From Eledone cirrhosa (lineage: Eukaryota): a stretch of 64,000 bases of DNA. Numbering within the stretch: position 1 is the stretch's first letter; the number at the start of each line of letters is the position of its first letter. This document shows, piece after piece, positions 37,431 through 50,079 of the stretch. The translations under genes were made by a program, and so were the position numbers. The stretch lies in contig OZ024744.1 of NCBI GenBank assembly GCA_964016885.1, positions 130,324,001 to 130,388,000 of the forward strand, written 5' to 3'. A model generated the notes under the pieces. The model was not told the origin of the DNA. It saw only the letters and a program-made list of their open reading frames with translations, and searched no databases.

Positions 37431-37646
37431 AACCCCAACTTAACTTAACCCCAACTTAACTTAACCCCAACTTCACTCAACCCCAACGTAACTCAACCCC
37501 AATTTAACTTAACCCCAACTTCACTCAACCCCAACTTAACTTAACCCCAACTTCACTCAATCCCAACTTAAGTCAACCCCAACTTAACTTAACCCCAACT
37601 TGACTTAACCCCAACTTAACTTAGCCCCAACTTAACTTAAGCCCAA
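37431..37646 (-). repeat. Inverted segment 18 (216-bp class)
   Basis: Class variants CAATTT and CAATCCC. Confidence 0.95.
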
Positions 37647-40600
37647 AGTCGGGGTTAAGTTAAGTTGGCGTTAAGTTAAGTTAGGCTTAACTTAAGTTGG
37701 GGGTAAGTTAAGTTGGGGGTAAGTTAAGTTGGGGTTAAGTTAAGTTGCGGTTAAGTTGGGGTTAAGTTAAGTTAGGGTTAAGTTAAGTTGGCGTTGAGTT
37801 AAGTTGGGGTTAATTAAGTGGTGGTTATGTTAAGTTGGGGTTAATTTAAATTGGGGTGAAGTTAACTTTGTGGTTAAGTTAAGTTGGGGTTAAGTTGGGG
37901 TTGAGTTAAGTTGGGGTTGAGTGAAGTTGGGGTTAAGTTAAGTTGGGGTAAAGTTAAGTTGGGGTTAAGTTAAGTCGGGGTTAAGTTAAGTTGTGGTTGA
38001 GTTAAGTTGGGGTTAATTTAAGTTGGGGCTAAGTTAATTTGTGGTTAAGTTAAGTTGGGGTTAAGTTAAGTTGGGGTTAAGTTAAGTTGGGGTTAAGTTA
38101 AGTTGCAGTTAAGTTAAGTTGAGGTTAAGTTAAGTTGGGGTTAAGTTAAGTTGGGGTTAAGTTAAGTTGGGGCTAAGTTAAGTTGGGGCTAAGTTAAGTT
38201 GGGGCTAAGTTAAGTTGGGGTTAAGTTAAGTTGGGGTTAAGTTAAGTTGGGGTTAAGTTAAGTTGGGGTTAAGTTAAGTTGGTGTTAAGTTAAGTTGGGG
38301 CTAAGTTAAGTTGGGGCTGAGTTAAGTTGGGGCTGAGTTAAGTTGGGGTTAAGTTAAGTTGGGGTTGAGTTAAGTTGGGGTTAAGTTAAGTTGGGGTCAA
38401 GTTAAGTTGGGGTTAAGTTGGGGTTAATTTAAGTTAGGCTTAAGTTAAGTTGGGGTTAAGTTAAGTTGGGGTTAAGTTAAGTTGGGGTTAAGTTAAGTTG
38501 GGGTTAAGTTAAGTTGGGGTTAAGTTAATTTGTGGTTAAGTTAAGTTGGGGTTAATTTAAGTTGGGGTTAAGTTAAGTTGGGGTTAAGTTAAGTCGGGGT
38601 TAAGTTAAGTTGGGGTTAAGTTAAGTTGGGGTTAATTTAAGTTGGGGTTAAGTTAAGTTGGGGTTAAGTTAAGTTGGGGTTAAGTTAAGTTGGGGATAAT
38701 TTAAGTTGGGGTTAAGTTAAGTTTGGGTTTAAGTTAAGTTGGGGTTAAGTTAAGTTGGGGTTAAGTTAAGTTGGGGTTAAGTTAATTTGTGGTTAAGTTA
38801 AGTTGGGGTTAAGCTAAGTTGGGGTTGAGTTAAGTTGGGGCTGAGTTAATTTGGGGTTAAGTTAAGTTGGGGTTAAGTTAAGTTGGGTTTAAGTTAAGTT
38901 GGGGTTAAATTAAGTTGGGGTTAAATTAAGTTGGGGTTAAGTTAAGTTGGGGGTAAGTTAAGTTGGGGGCAAGTTAAGTTGGGGTTAATTTAACTTGGGG
39001 TTAAATTAAGTTGGGGTTACGTTAAGTTGGTGTTAAGTTAAGTTGGGGTTAAGTTAAGTTGGGGTTAAGTTAAGTTGGGGTTAAGTTAATTTGTGGTTAA
39101 GTTAAGTTGGGGTTAAGTTAAGTTGGGGTTGAGTTAAGTTGGGGCTGAGTTAATTTGGGGTTAAGTTAAGTTGGGGTTAAGTTAAGTTGGGTTTAAGTTA
39201 AGTTGGGGTTAAATTAAGTTGGGGTTAAATTAAGTTGGGGTTAAGTTAAGTTGGGGGTAAGTTAAGTTGGGGGCAAGTTAAGTTGGGGTTAATTTAAGTT
39301 GGGGTTAAATTAAGTTGGGGTTACGTTAAGTTGGTGTTAAGTTAAGTTGGGGTTAATTTAAGTTGGGGTTAATTAAGTTGGGGTTAAGTTAAGTTGGGGT
39401 TAATTAAGTTGTGGTTAATTTAAGTTGGGGTTGAGTTAAGTTGGGGTTAAGTTAAGTTGGGGTTATATTAAGTTGGGGTTAAGTTAAGTTGGGGTTCAGT
39501 TAAGTTGGGGTTAAGTTAAGTTGGGGTTAAGTTAAGTTGAGGTTAAGTTAAGTTGGGGTTAAGTTAAGTTGGTGTTAAGTTAAGTTGGGGCTAAGTTAAG
39601 TTGGGGCTGAGTTAAGTTGGGGCTGAGTTAAGTTGGGGCTAAGTTAAGTTGGGGTTGAGTTAAGTTGGGGTTAAGTTGGGGTTAAGTTAAGTTGGGGTTA
39701 AGTTAAGTTGGGGTTAAGTTAAGTTGGGGTTAAGTTAAGTTGGGGTTAAGTTAAGTTGGGGTTAAGTTAAGTTGGGGTTGAGTTAATTTGTGGTTAAGTT
39801 AAGTTGTGGTTAAGTTAAGTTGGGGTTAAGTTAAGTTGGGGTTAAGTTAAGTCGGGGTTAAGTTAAGTTGGGGTTAAGTTAAGTTGGGGTTAAGTTAAGT
39901 TGGGGTTAAGTTAAGTTGGGGTTAAGTTAAGTCGGGGTTAAGTTAAGTTGGGGTTAAGTTAAGTTGGGGTTAATTTAAGTTGGGGTTAAGTTAAGTTGGG
40001 GTTAAGTTAAGTTGGGGTTAAGTTAAGTTGGGGTTAAGTTAAGTTGGGGATAATTTAAGTTGGGGTTAAGTTAAGTTTGAGTTTAAGTTAAGTTGGGGTT
40101 AAGTTAAGTTGGGGTTAAGTTAAGTTGGGGTTAATTTAAGTTGGTTAGTTAAGTTGAGTTTAAGTTAAGTTGGGGTTAATTTAAGTTGGGGTTAAGTTAA
40201 GCTGGGGTTAAGTTAAGTTGGGGTTAAGTTAAGTTGGGGTTAATTTAAGTTGGGGTTAATTTAAGTCGGGGTTAAGTTAAGTTGTGGTTGAGTTAAGTTT
40301 GGGTTAATTTAAGTTGGGGCTAAGTTAATTTGTGGTTAAGTTAAGTTTGGGTTAAGTTAAGTTGGGGTTAAGTTAAGTTGGGGTTGATTTAAGTTGGGGT
40401 TGAGTTAATTTGGGGTTAAGTTAAGTTGGGGTTAAGTTAAGTTGGGTTTAAGTTAAGTTGGGGTTAAATTAAGTTGGGGTTAAATTAAGTTGGGGTTAAG
40501 TTAAGTTGGGGGTAAGTTAAGTTGGGGGCAAGTTAAGTTGGGGTTAATTTAAGTTGGGGTTAAATTAAGTTGGGGTTACGTTAAGTTGGTGTTAAGTTAA

Positions 40601-43234
40601 GTTGGGGTTAATTTAAGTTGGGGTTGAGTTAAGTTGGGTTTCAGTTAAGTTGGGGATAAGTTAAGTTGGGGTTAAGTTAAGTTGGGGTTAATTAAGTTGG
40701 GGTTAAGTTAAGTTGGGGTTAAGTTAAGTTGGGGCTGAGTTAAGTTTGGGCTGAGTTAAGTTGGGGCTGAGTTAAGTTGGGGTTAAGTTAAGTTGGGGTT
40801 GAGTTAAGTTGGGGTTAAGTTAAGTTGGGGTCAAGTTAAGTTGGGGTTAAGTTAAGTTGGGGTTAAGTTGGGGTTAAGTTAAGTTAGGTTTAAGTTAAGT
40901 TGGGGTTAAGTTAAGTTGGGGTTAAGTTAAGTTGGGGTTAAGTTAAGTTGGGGTTAAGTTAAGTTGGGGTTAAGTTAAGTTGGGGTTAAGTTAAGTCGGA
41001 GTTAAGTTAAGTTGGGGTTAAGTTAAGTTGGGGTTAAGTTAAGTTGGGGTTAAGTTAAGTTGGGGTTAAGTTAAGTTGGGGTTAAGTTAAGTTGGGGTTA
41101 AGTTAAGTTGGGGTTAAGATGGGGTTAAATTAAGTTGGGGTTAAGTTAAGTTTGAGTTTAAGTTAAGTTGGGGTTAAGTTAAGTTGGGGTTAAGTTAAGT
41201 TGGGATTAAGTTAAGTTGGTTAGTTAAGTTGAGTTTAAGTTAAGTTGGGGTTAATTTAAGTTGGGGTTAAGTTAAGCTGCAGTTAAGTTAAGTTGGGGTT
41301 AAGTTAAGTTGGGGTTAATTTAAGTTGGGGTTAATTTAAGTCGGGGTTAAGTTAAGTTGTGGTTGAGTTAAGTTGGGGTTAATTTAAGTTGGGGCTAAGT
41401 TAATTTGTGGTTAAGTTAAGTTGGGGTTAAGTTAAGTTGGGGTTAAGTTAAGTTGGGGTTGAGTTAAGTTGGGGTTGAGTTAATTTGGGGTTAAGTTAAG
41501 TTGGGGTTAAGTTAAGTTGGGTTTAAGTTAAGTTGGGGTTAAATTAAGTTGGGGTTAAATTAAGTTGGGGTTAAGTTAAGTTGGGGGTAAGTTAACTTGG
41601 GGGCAAGTTAAGTTGGGGTTAATTTAAGTTGGGGTTAAATTAAGTTGGGGTTACGTTAAGTTGGTGTTAAGTTAAGTTGGGGTTAATTTAAGTTGGGGTT
41701 GAGTTAAGTTGGGGTTCAGTTAAGTTGGGGATAAGTTAAGTTGGGGTTAAGTTAAGTTGGGGTTAATTAAGTTGGGGTTAAGTTAAGTTGGGGTTAAGTT
41801 AAGTTGGGGCTAAGTTAAGTTGGGGCTGAGTTAAGTTGGGGCTGAGTTAAGTTGGGGTTAAGTTAAGTTGGGGTTGAGTTAAGTTGGGGTTAAGTTAAGT
41901 TGGGGTCAAGTTAAGTTGGGGTTAAGTTGGGGTTAATTTAAGTTAGGTTTAAGTTAAGTTGGGGTTAAGTTAAGTTGGGGTTAAGTTAAGTTGGGGTTAA
42001 GTTAAGTTGGGGTTAAGTTAATTTGTGGTTTAGTTAAGTTTGGGTTAAGTTAAGTTGGGGTTAAGTTAAGTTGGGGTTAAGTTAAGTCGTGGTTAAGTTA
42101 AGTTGGGGTTAAGTTAAGTTGGAGTTAAGTTAAGTTGGGGTTAAGTTAAGTTGGGGTTAAGTTAAGTTGGGGTTAAGTTAAGTTGGGGTTAAGTTAAGTT
42201 GAGGTTAAGTTAAGTTGGGGTTAAATTAAGTTGGGGTTAAGTTAAGTTGGGGTTAAGTTAAGTTGGGGATAAGTTAAGTTGGGGATAATTTAAGTTGGGG
42301 TTAAGTTAAGTTGGGGTTAAGTTAAGTTGGGGTTAAGTTAAGTTGGGGATAAGTTAAGTTGGGGTTAAGTTAAGTTGGGGTTAAGTTAAGTTGGGGTTAA
42401 GTTAAGTTGGGGCTAAGTTAAGTTGGGGCTGAGTTAAGTTGGGGTTAAGTTAAGTTGGGGGTTAAGTTAAGTTGGGGTTAATTTAAGTTGGGGTTTATTT
42501 AAGTTGGGGTTAAGTTAAGTTGGGGTTCATTTAAGTTGGGGTTAAGTTAAGTTGGGGTTAAGATGGGGTTAAATTAAGTTGGGGTTAAGTTAAGTTGGGG
42601 TTAAGTTAAGTTGGGGTTAAGTTAAGTTGGGGTTAAGTTAAGTCGGGGTTAAGTTAAGTCGGGGTTAAGTTAAGTTAGGGTTGAGTTAAGTTGGGGTTAA
42701 GTTAAGTTGGGGTTGAGTTAAGTTGGGGTTGAGTTAAATTGGGGTTGAGTTAAGTTGGGGTTGAGTTAAGTTGGTGTTGAGTTAAGTTGGGGTTAAGTTA
42801 AGTTGGGGTTAAGTTAAGTTACAGTTAAGTTAAGTTGAGGTTAAGTTAAGGTGCGGTTAAGTTAAGTTGGGGTTAAGTTAAGTTGGGGCTAAGTTAAGTT
42901 GGGGCTAAGTTAAGTTGGGGCTAAGTTAAGTTGGGGTTAAGTTACGTTGGGGTTAAGTTAAGTCGGGGTTAAGTTAAGTTGGGGTTAAGTTAAGTTGGGG
43001 TTAATTTAAGTTGGGGTTAAGTTAAGTTGGGGTTAAGTTAAGTTGGGGTTAAGTTAAGTTGGGGTTAAGTTGGGTTTAAGTTAAGTTGGGGTTAAGTTAA
43101 GTTGGGGTCAAGGTAAGTTGGGGTTAAGTTAAGTTGGTTAGTTAAGTTGAGTTTAAGTTAAGTTGGGGTTAATTTAAGTTGGGGTTAAGTTAAGTTGGGG
43201 TTAAGTTAAGTTGGGGTTAAGTTAAGTTGGGGTT

Positions 43235-43450
43235 AACCCCAACTTAACTTAACCCCAACTTAACTTAACCCCAACTTCACTCAACCCCAACGTAACTCAA
43301 CCCCAATTTAACTTAACCCCAACTTCACTCAACCCCAACTTAACTTAACCCCAACTTCACTCAATCCCAACTTAAGTCAACCCCAACTTAACTTAACCCC
43401 AACTTGACTTAACCCCAACTTAACTTAGCCCCAACTTAACTTAAGCCCAA
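43235..43450 (-). repeat. Inverted segment 19 (216-bp class)
   Basis: Class variants CAATTT and CAATCCC. Confidence 0.95.
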
Positions 43451-46220
43451 AGTCGGGGTTAAGTTAAGTTGGCGTTAAGTTAGGCTTAACTTAAGTTGGG
43501 GGTAAGTTAAGTTGGGGGTAAGTTAAGTTGGGGTTAAGTTAAGTTGCGGTTAAGTTGGGGTTAAGTTAAGTTAGGGTTAAGTTAAGTTGGCGTTGAGTTA
43601 AGTTGGGGTTAATTAAGTGGTGGTTATGTTAAGTTGGGGTTAATTTAAATTGGGGTGAAGTTAACTTTGTGGTTAAGTTAAGTTGGGGTTAAGTTAAGTT
43701 GGGGTTAAGTTGGGGTTGAGTTAAGTTGGGGTTGAGTGAAGTTGGGGTTAAGTTAAGTTGGGGTAAAGTTAAGTTGGGGTTAAGTTAAGTCGGGGTTAAG
43801 TTAAGTTGGGGTTAAGTTAAGTTGGGGATAAGTTAAGTTGGGGATAATTTAAGTTGGGGTTAAGTTAAGTTGGGTTTAAGTTAAGTTGGGGTTAAGTTAA
43901 GTTGGGGATAAGTTAAGTTGGGGTTAAGTTAAGTTGGGGTTAAGTTAAGTTGGGGTTAAGTTAAGTTGGGGCTAAGTTAAGTTGGGGCTGAGTTAAGTTG
44001 GGGTTAAGTTAAGTTGGGGTTAAGTTAAGTTGGGGTTAATTTAAGTTGGGGTTTATTTAAGTTGGGGTTAAGTTAAGTTGGGGTTCAGTTAAGTTGGAGT
44101 TAAGTTAAGTTGGGGTTAAGATGGGGTTAAATTAAGTTGGGGTTAAGTTAAGTTTGAGTTTAAGTTAAGTTGGGGTTAAGTTAAGTTGGGGTTAAGTTAA
44201 GTTGGGATTAAGTTAAGTTGGTTAGTTAAGTTGAGTTTAAGTTAAGTTGGGGTTAATTTAAGTTGGGGTTAAGTTAAGCTGGGGTTAAGTTAAGTTGGGG
44301 TTAAGTTAAGTTGGGGTTAATTTAAGTTGGGGTTAATTTAAGTCGGGGTTAAGTTAAGTTGTGGTTGAGTTAAGTTGGGGTTAATTTAAGTTGGGGCTAA
44401 GTTAATTTGTGGTTAAGTTAAGTTGGGGTTAAGTTAAGTTGGGGTTAAGTTAAGTTGGTGTTGAGTTAAGTTGGGGTTGAGTTAATTTGGGGTTAAGTTA
44501 AGTTGGGGTTAAGTTAAGTTGGGTTTAAGTTAAGTTGGGGTTAAATTAAGTTGGGGTTAAATTAAGTTGGGGTTAAGTTAAGTTGGGGGTAAGTTAAGTT
44601 GGGGGCAAGTTAAGTTGGGGTTAATTTAAGTTGGGGTTAAATTAAGTTGGGGTTACGTTAAGTTGGTGTTAAGTTAAGTTGGGGTTAATTTAAGTTGGGG
44701 TTGAGTTAAGTTGGGGTTCAGTTAAGTTGGGGATAAGTTAAGTTGGGGTTAAGTTAACTTGGGGTTAATTAAGTTGGGGTTAAGTTAAGTTGGGGTTAAG
44801 TTAAGTTGGGGCTAAGTTAAGTTGGGGCTGAGTTAAGTTGGGGCTGAGTTAAGTTGGGGTTAAGTTAAGTTGGGGTTGAGTTAAGTTGGGGTTAAGTTAA
44901 GTTGGGGTCAAGTTAAGTTGGGGTTAAGTTGGGGTTAAGTTAAGTTAGGTTTAAGTTAAGTTGGGGTTAAGTTAAGTTGGGGTTAAGTTAAGTTGGGGTT
45001 AAGTTAAGTTGGGGTTAAGTTAATTTGTGGTTTAGTTAAGTTTGGGTTAAGTTAAGTTGGGGTTAAGTTAAGTTGGGGTTAAGTTAAGTCGTGGTTAAGT
45101 TAAGTTGGGGTTAAGTTAAGTTGGAGTTAAGTTAAGTTGGGGTTAAGTTAAGTTGGGGTTAAGTTAAGTTGGGGTTAAGTTAAGTTGGGGTTAAGTTAAG
45201 TTGAGGTTAAGTTAAGTTGGGGTTAAATTAAGTTGGGGTTAAGTTAAGTTGGGGTTAAGTTAAGTTGGGGATAAGTTAAGTTGGGGATAATTTAAGTTGG
45301 GGTTAAGTTAAGTTGGGGTTAAGTTAAGTTGGGGTTAAGTTAAGTTGGGGATAAGTTAAGTTGGGGTTAAGTTAAGTTGGGGTTAAGTTAAGTTGGGGTT
45401 AAGTTAAGTTGGGGCTAAGTTAAGTTGGGGCTGAGTTAAGTTGGGGTTAAGTTAAGTTGGGGGTTAAGTTAAGTTGGGGTTAATTTAAGTTGGGGTTTAT
45501 TTAAGTTGGGGTTAAGTTAAGTTGGGGTTCATTTAAGTTGGGGTTAAGTTAAGTTGGGGTTAAGATGGGGTTAAATTAAGTTGGGGTTAAGTTAAGTTGG
45601 GGTTAAGTTAAGTTGGGGTTAAGTTAAGTTGGGGTTAAGTTAAGTCGGGGTTAAGTTAAGTCGGGGTTAAGTTAAGTTAGGGTTGAGTTAAGTTGGGGTT
45701 AAGTTAAGTTGGGGTTGAGTTAAGTTGGGGTTGAGTTAAATTGGGGTTGAGTTAAGTTGGGGTTGAGTTAAGTTGGTGTTGAGTTAAGTTGGGGTTAAGT
45801 TAAGTTGGGGTTAAGTTAAGTTGCAGTTAAGTTAAGTTGAGGTTAAGTTAAGGTGCGGTTAAGTTAAGTTGGGGTTAAGTTAAGTTGGGGCTAAGTTAAG
45901 TTGGGGCTAAGTTAAGTTGGGGCTAAGTTAAGTTGGGGTTAAGTTACGTTGGGGTTAAATTAAGTCGGGGTTAAGTTAAGTTGGGGTTAATTTAAGTTGG
46001 GGTTAATTTAAGTTGGGGTTAAGTTAAGTTGGGGTTAAGTTAAGTTGGGGTTAAGTTAAGTTGGGGTTAAGTTGGGTTTAAGTTAAGTTGGGGTTAAGTT
46101 AAGTTGGGGTCAAGGTAAGTTGGGGTTAAGTTAAGTTGGTTAGTTAAGTTGAGTTTAAGTTAAGTTGGGGTTAATTTAAGTTGGGGTTAAGTTAAGTTGG
46201 GGTTAAGTTAAGTTGGGGTT

Positions 46221-46436
46221 AACCCCAACTTAACTTAACCCCAACTTAACTTAACCCCAACTTCACTCAACCCCAACGTAACTCAACCCCAATTTAACTT
46301 AACCCCAACTTCACTCAACCCCAACTTAACTTAACCCCAACTTCACTCAATCCCAACTTAAGTCAACCCCAACTTAACTTAACCCCAACTTGACTTAACC
46401 CCAACTTAACTTAGCCCCAACTTAACTTAAGCCCAA
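46221..46436 (-). repeat. Inverted segment 20 (216-bp class)
   Basis: Class variants CAATTT and CAATCCC. Confidence 0.95.
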
Positions 46437-47703
46437 AGTCGGGGTTAAGTTAAGTTGGCGTTAAGTTAGGCTTAACTTAAGTTGGGGGTAAGTTAAGTTG
46501 GGGGTAAGTTAAGTTGGGGTTAAGTTAAGTTGCGGTTAAGTTGGGGTTAAGTTAAGTTAGGGTTAAGTTAAGTTGGCGTTGAGTTAAGTTGGGGTTAATT
46601 AAGTGGTGGTTATGTTAAGTTGGGGTTAATTTAAATTGGGGTGAAGTTAACTTTGTGGTTAAGTTAAGTTGGGGTTAAGTTAAGTTGGGGTTAAGTTGGG
46701 GTTGAGTTAAGTTGGGGTTGAGTGAAGTTGGGGTTAAGTTAAGTTGGGGTAAAGTTAAGTTGGGGTTAAGTTAAGTCGGGGTTAAGTTAAGTTGTGGTTG
46801 AGTTAAGTTGGGGTTAATTTAAGTTGGGGCTAAGTTAATTTGTGATTAAGTTAAGTTGGGGTTAAGTTAAGTTGGGGTTAAGTTAAGTTGGGGTTAAGTT
46901 AAGTTGCAGTTAAGTTAAGTTGAGGTTAAGTCAAGTTGGGGTTAAGTTAAGTTGGGGTTAAGTTAACTTGGGGTTCAGTTAAGTTGGGGCTAAGTTAAGT
47001 TGGGGTTAAGATGGGGTTAAATTAAGTTGGGGTTAAGTTAAGTTGGGGTTAAGTTAAGTTGGGGTTAAGTTAAGTTGGGGTTAAGTTAAGTCGGGGTTAA
47101 GTTAAGTCGGGGTTAAGTTAAGTTAGGGTTCAGTTAAGTTGGGGTTAAGTTAAGTTGGGGTTGAGTTAAGTTGGGGTTGAGTTAAATTGGGGTTGAGTTA
47201 AGTTGGGGTTGAGTTAAGTTGGTGTTGAGTTAAGTTGGGGTTAAGTTAAGTTGGGGTTAAGTTAAGTTGCAGTTAAGTTAATTTGAGGTTAAGTTAAGGT
47301 GCGGTTAAGTTAAGTTGGGGTTAAGTTAAGTTGGGGCTAAGTTAAGTTGGGGCTAAGTTAAGTTGGGGCTAAGTTAAGTTGGGGTTAAGTTACGTTGGGG
47401 TTAAGTTAAGTCGGGGCTAAGTTAAGTTGGGGTTAAGTTAAGTTGGGGTTAATTTAAGTTGGGGTTGAGTTAAGTTGGGGTTAAGTTTAGTTGGGGTTAA
47501 GTTAAGTTGGGGTTAAGTTAAGTTGGGTTTAAGTTAAGTTGGGGTTAAGTTAAGTTGGGGTCAAGTTAAGTTGGGGTTAAGTTAAATTGGTTAGTTAAGT
47601 TGAGTTTAAGTTAAGTTGGGGTTAATTTAAGTTGGGGTTAAGTTAAGTTGGGGTTAAGTTAATTTGGGGTTAAGTTAAGTTGGGGTTAAGTTAAGTTGGG
47701 GTT

Positions 47704-47887
47704 AACCCCAACTTAACTTAACCCCAACTTCACTCAACCCCAACGTAACTCAACCCCAACTTAACTTAACCCCAACTTCACTCAACCCCAAATTAACTTA
47801 ACCCCAACTTCACTCAACCCCAACTTAAGTCAACCCCAACTTAACTTAACCCCAACTTGACTTAACCCCAACTTAACTTAAGCCCAA
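47704..47887 (-). repeat. Inverted segment 21 (184-bp class)
   Basis: No scar, lacks the AGCCCC monomer, right junction followed by GTCGGAG. Confidence 0.95.
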
Positions 47888-49904
47888 AGTCGGAGTTAAG
47901 TTAAGTTGGCGTTAAGTTAAGTTAGGCTTAACTTAAGTTGGGGGTAAGTTAAGTTGGGGGTAAGTTAAGTTGGGGTTAAGTTAAGTTGCGGTTAAGTTGG
48001 GGTTAAGTTAAGTTAGGGTTAAGTTAAGTTGGTGTTGAGTTAAGTTGGGGTTACTTAAGTGGTGGTTATGTTAAGTTGGGGTTAATTTAAATTGGGGTGA
48101 AGTTAACTTTGTGGTTAAGTTAAGTTGGGGTTAAGTTAAGTTGGGGTTAAGTTGGGGTTGAGTTAAGTTGGGGTTGAGTGAAGTTGGGGTTAATTTAAGT
48201 TGGGGCTAAGTTAATTTGTGGTTAAGTTAAGTTGGGGTTAAGTTAAGTTGGGGTTAAGTTAAGTTGGGGTTAAGTTAAGTTGCAGTTAAGTTAAGTTGAG
48301 GTTAAGTTAAGTTGGGGTTAAGTTAAGTTGGGGTTAAGTTAAGTTGGGGCTAAGTTAAGTTGGGGCTAAGTTAAGTTGGGGCTAAGTTAAGTTGGGGTTA
48401 AGTTAAGTTGGGGTTAAGTTAAGTTGGGGTTAAGTTAAGTTGGGGTTAAGTTAAGTTGGGGTTAAGTTAAGTTGGTGTTAAGTTAAGTTGGGGCTAAGTT
48501 AAGTTGGGGCTGAGTTAAGTTGGGGCTGAGTTAAGTTGGGGTTAAGTTAAGTTGGGGTTGAGTTAAGTTGGGGTTAAGTTAAGTTGGGGTCAAGTTAAGT
48601 TGGGGTTAAGTTGGGGTTAAGTTAAGTTAGGTTTAAGTTAAGTTGGGGTTAAGTTAAGTTGGGGTTAAGTTAAGTTGGGGTTAAGTTAAGTTGGGGTTAA
48701 GTTAATTTGTGGTTAAGTTAAGTTGGGGTTAAGTTAAGTTGGGGTTAAGTTAAGTCGGGGTTAAGTTAAGTTGGGGTTAAGTTAAGTTGGGGTTAATTTA
48801 AGTTGGGGTTAAGTTAAGTTGGGGTTAAGTTAAGTTGGGGATAATTTAAGTTGGGGTTAAGTTAAGTTTGGGTTTAAGTTAAGTTGGGGTTAAGTTAAGT
48901 TGGGGTTAAGTTAAGTTGGGGTTAAGTTAAGTTGGTTAGTTAAGTTGAGTTTAAGTTAAGTTGGGGTTAATTTAAGTTGGGGTTAAGTTAAGCTGGGGTT
49001 AAGTTAAGTTGGGGTTAAGTTAAGTTGGGGTTAATTTAAGTTGGGGTTAAGTTAAGTTGCGGGTAATTTAAGTTGGGGTTAAGTTAAGTTGGGGTTAAGT
49101 TAAGTTGGGGTTAAGTTAAGTTGGGGTTAAGTTAAGTTGGGGCTAATTTAAGTTGGGGCTGAGTTAAGTTGGGGTTAAGTTAAGTTGGGGTTAAGTTAAG
49201 TTGGGGTTAAATTAAGTTGGGGTTAAGTTAAGTTGGGGTTTATTTAAGTTGGGGTTAAGTTAAGTTGGGGTTCAGTTAAGTTGGGGTTCAGTTAAGTTGG
49301 GGTTAAGTTAAGTTGGGGTTAAGATGGGGTTAAATTACGTTGGAGTTAAGTTAAGTTGGGGTTAAGTTAAGTTGGGGTTAAGTTAAGTTGGGGTTAAGTT
49401 AAGTCGGGGTTAATTTAAGTCGGGGTTAAGTTAAGTTAGGGTTCAGTTAAGTTGGGGTTAAGTTAAGTTGGGCTTGAGTTAAGTTGGGGTTGAGTTAAAT
49501 TGGGGTTGAGTTAAGTTGGGGTTGAGTTAAGTTGGTGTTGAGTTAAGTTGGGGTTAAGTTAAGTTGGGGTTAAGTTAAGTTGCAGTTAAGTTAAGTTGAG
49601 GTTAAGTTAAGGTGCGGTTAAGTTAAGTTGGGCTTAAGTTAAGTTGGGGCTAAGTTAAGTTGGGGCTAAGTTAAGTTGGGGCTAAGTTAAGTTGGGGTTA
49701 AGTTAAGTTGGGGTTAAGTTAAGTCGGGGTTAAGTTAAGTTGGGGTTAAGTTAAGTTGGGGTTAAGTTAAGTTGGGGTTAAGTTAAGTTGGTTAGTTAAG
49801 TTGAGTTTAAGTTAAGTTGGGGTTAATTTAAGTTGGGGTTAAGTTAAGTTGGGGTTAAGTTAAGTTGGGGTTAAGTTAAGTTGGGGTTAAGTTAAGTTGG
49901 GGTT

Positions 49905-50079
49905 AACCCCAACTTAACTTAACCCCAACTTCACTCAACCCCAACGTAACTCAACCCCAACTTAACTTAACCCCAACTTCACTCAACCCCAACTTAACTT
50001 CACCCCAACTTCACTCAACCCCAACTTCCAACTTGACTTAACCCCAACTTAACTTAGCCCCAACTTAACTTAAGCCCAA
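49905..50079 (-). repeat. Inverted segment 22 (175-bp class)
   Basis: Scar present. Confidence 0.95.

Larger units (their letters stand above)
30048..43600 (+). repeat. Imperfect ~7.2-7.5-kb segmental duplication within the array
   Basis: Paired rare markers: AATTTAAGTTAGGC ~30893/38436, TTATATT 31907/39465, GGGTTTCAG 33116/40642, TTACAG 35631/42821, inversions 36029/43235. Confidence 0.75.
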
